Positions 61,120 to 64,000 of a DNA stretch of 64,000 bases are shown here, one piece after another; positions within the stretch are counted from its first letter, which is position 1; every line of letters begins with the position of its first letter. The translations under genes were made by a program, and so were the position numbers. The notes below the pieces were generated by a model. The model had not been told where the DNA came from. It worked only from the letters and a program-made list of their open reading frames with translations, and made no database searches. This stretch comes from Malacoraja senta (lineage: Eukaryota): NCBI GenBank assembly GCA_038087875.1, contig CM075988.1, positions 6,698,001 to 6,762,000 of the forward strand. The letters are read 5' to 3'.

Positions 61120-62840
61120 GTAACTGCAGATGCTGGTTTACAAAATAAGACAAAGTGCTGAAGTAACTCAACGGGTCATGGAGCATCTCTGACGAAGCTG
61201 GATAGTGACGTTTCGGGTCAAGGCCCTTTTTCAGACTAATTGTGGGGATTGGGGGTGAGGAGGTGAAGAACGCTGGAAGAAGATGAGCAGGACAAAGCCT
61301 GGCAAGTGATAGGTAGATGCAGGTAAGTGTGGGGTGGGTGGGGGGGGGGGGTTGTAAGTTTGGCAGATGGTTGGAAAAAGGCCAGAGATGAAAAGACAAC
61401 GTGTGAGGGAGGGGTAGAAGAGTTGCAAATTATGAAGCCAGAGGAAGGAATAAAGGTGGAAGGAGAGAAACGGGTGCAAGTCCAGGAAGGGCACAGGGAA
61501 GAAAGGCGGGGGGGGGGGTGGGGTGGGGTGGGGTGGGGGGGGGAAAGGCTGGAGGTGGGGGGGTAAGAAGGAGGGTTTTGTAGGTTAGTCACCTAAAATT
61601 GGAGAATTCAATGGTCGTACCATTGGGTTGTCCCTCACATCATAACTGTCCCTATACGGCCTCCCTCACATCCATTCAGGAACCCCCAGCAGTCATTCCA
61701 GATGAGACTGAGGTTCACGTGCACCTCCTCTAATCTCATCGACTGCACCCACTCTTCCCGATATGGCCACCTTCACGCCAGCGACACCAAGCGTAGACTT
61801 GGCGACCGCTTCGCTGAACACTTGCACTCGGTCCACCGAGGGTTACTGGATCTACTGGCTGTTTAAGAAGGAACTGCAGATGCTGGAAAATCGAAGGTAG
61901 ACAACGTGTGAGGGAGGGATAGAAGCCAAGGAAAAGGCCAAGGACAGAAAAGTCCGTGTAGGGTTGGGAAGGGGAGGGCCGAAACGTTGCCTATTTCCTT
62001 CGCTCCATAGATGCTGCTACACCCGCTGAGTTTCTCCGGCATTTTTCTCTACCTTGGATCTACTGGCTGCTAACCACTTTAACTCCCCTTCCCAACCCTA
62101 CACGGACTTTTCTGTCCTTGGCCTTTTCCTTGGCCCTATCCTGCCCTTTCCTATCCTTTTCTCCTCCATTGCCAGAGTACGGCCACACACATCTGGAGGA
62201 ACATCACCTCGCATTCCGCATGGGTAGCTTACCAGCCAGAAATTTGAACATAGAATTCTCCAATTTTAAGTGACTGACTTACACACACACACACACCTTC
62301 CACTCCCCCCTCCCACCCTTTTTCCTCCCTCTCTACCCCGTGCTCCCCTCCCCGTTCCCCTCCCACCTACATTCTTTACTCTGGCTTCACACTTCACAAC
62401 GCTTTCTATACTTGTCTCACACCTTTTTCCTTTTTCACCTCTGGCCTTTGTCCAGCCATTTAACTATCAACAAACCTCTAGTCACCTGTATCCACCTATC
62501 ACTTGTGTGGGAAAGAACTGCAGCTGCTGGTTTAAATCAAAGGTAGACACATAATGCGGGAGTAACTCAGCGGGTCGGGCAGCATCTCTGGAGAGAAGGA
62601 ATGTGATCAGCCGTGATCACATTGAATGGCGGTGCAGGCTCGAAGGGCCGAATGGCCTACTCCTGCACCTATTTTCTATGTTTCTATGTTTCAACCTATC
62701 ACTTGCCAGGCATAATTCTGACCCTCCTTTCTACCTCTCCTACCACTAACAATCTGAAGAAGTAATCTACCAGAAACGACACCTATCCATGTTCTCTAGA
62801 GATGCCATCACTTTGTTATTCCAGCACTTTGTGTCTTTTT
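61120..62840. mobile_element. Penelope insertion with inverted ends: minus 3' end (61120-61630) and plus GIY-YIG to 3' end (61640-62840)
   Basis: Plus arm: RFTCTSSNLI..TKRRLGDRFAEH..ANHFN..NIEFSNFK*. The minus arm carries the same IEFSNF C-terminus and 3' UTR. Hammerhead-like motifs at ~61207-61234 (-) and ~62754-62780 (+). Confidence 0.85.
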
Positions 62841-63109
62841 ATCACAGAAGTTCATAGTTGTTGTCTTGTACAGTGTTCATAGTTTGAAAATGGTAGGGGA
62901 AGAAGCTAATCTTCCACCTGGTGGTCAGATTTCTGGCTTCTGTACCTTCTTCCCAATGGTAGAAGTGAAATGAGAGTGTGGCCATGGTGATGTAGGTACT
63001 TGATGATATTTGCTGCCTTTTTGAGGCATGCCTCCTATAGTTCCCTTGAATGGTGGGAGGTCATCTCCTGTGATGGACCAGGCAGTGTCTTTAAAACTCT
63101 CTGAAATCT

Positions 63110-63900
63110 CAAAGGATTCAACGGACTTTTATTGTCACATGTACCAATTAAGGTACAGTGATATGCAAATTACCGCACAGCCATATGGAAAAAAAGCAAC
63201 AAGACACACAACTATATAAAAGTTAACATAAACATCCACCAAGCAGATTCCCCACTTTCCTCACTGTGGTGGAAGGCAAAAAGTCCAATTTTCTTCCTCT
63301 ATTCTCCCGCGGTCGGGGCAGTCGAACCATCCGTCGGAGCGATCGTAGCTCCCACAGCCGGCGGTCAAAATTCCCGTGTCAGGGCGATTGTAACTCCCGC
63401 GTCGGGGCGATCGAAACTCCCGCGTCGGGGCGATCGAAACTCCCGCGTCGGGGTGGTCGAACCTCCCGCGTCGGGGTGGTCGAACCTCCCGCGGCTTGGA
63501 GTCCCCGAAGTCGGTCTCTGACCAGAGACCGCGGGTTCCGTGATGTTAAAGTCCACAAGCACCCACGGTTGGAGCTCTGAGGTCGATCCCTGGAGAAGGG
63601 ATCTCGAGCTCCGCGATGGTAAGTCCACCGGCACCCGCGATGGAGCTCTCGTCGGTCTCCAGGAAAGGCCGGCAACTCCTCGATGGTAGGCCGCAGTGTG
63701 GGCGGAGATACGATACGGAACAAAATCGCATCTCCGTCGAGGTAAGAGATTAGAAAAAGCTTCCCCCAGCCACCCCCCCCCCCCACATAAAACAAGCTAA
63801 AGAACACTAAAAACATACATTTAACACTTACTACTAAACTCAAGGGAAAGAAAGGACAGACGGACTGTTGGCGAGGCAGCCATTGCTGGCGCCACCCTGT
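63110..63900 (-). mobile_element. GC-rich non-coding retroposon with Rex1-like tail and an internal 23-bp tandem repeat (~63393-63492)
   Basis: Minus strand starts GGTGGCGCC..ATGGCTGCC, has CCTACCATCGAGGAG and CCTTCCACCACAGTGAGGA, and ends GGTACATGTGACAATAAAA. Confidence 0.75.
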
Positions 63901-64000
63901 GGTATATCTACTTTGTTCCTGAGCATTAGTGTTGCCGAGCCTGGCTATGATGCAGACAGTAAGTATGTTATTTGTTGTACTCCTGTTGAGGTTCTATAGT

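Noticed and set aside
59340..64000. Upstream exons or promoter of the repeat-protein gene
   Set aside because: No phase 1 donor with a credible open exon found in the non-repeat segments; they probably lie beyond the window or were missed.

Overview
Vertebrate nuclear DNA, almost certainly from a cartilaginous fish and probably a skate or ray (inferred from the repeat repertoire: HE1-type V-SINEs, shark-type CR1, Rex1, L2, Penelope). The window is mostly nested transposon debris. 1-6403 is a decayed class I-like endogenous retrovirus (pol, gamma-type env, 3' LTR). It is interrupted by a young Gypsy fragment and its 3' LTR abuts a Penelope RT. Further on are CR1, L2, Rex1, RTE and Tx1 LINE fragments, 13 V-SINEs, seven PIF/Harbinger-type MITEs, a solo LTR and a TIR DNA transposon carrying a Spindlin-like Tudor ORF remnant. 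About 20 Penelope-derived ends carry minimal hammerhead ribozyme motifs, often as small palindromic units with their own TSDs. The only convincing host coding sequence is on the minus strand: a 1665-nt phase 1-1 exon (57651-59315) encoding a Pro/Gln/Cys-rich 18-aa repeat protein, with a probable next exon (56938-57029) and a possible terminal exon (48066-48125). I cannot name the gene. Boundaries of decayed repeats are approximate, and all family calls are by motif recognition, not database search.
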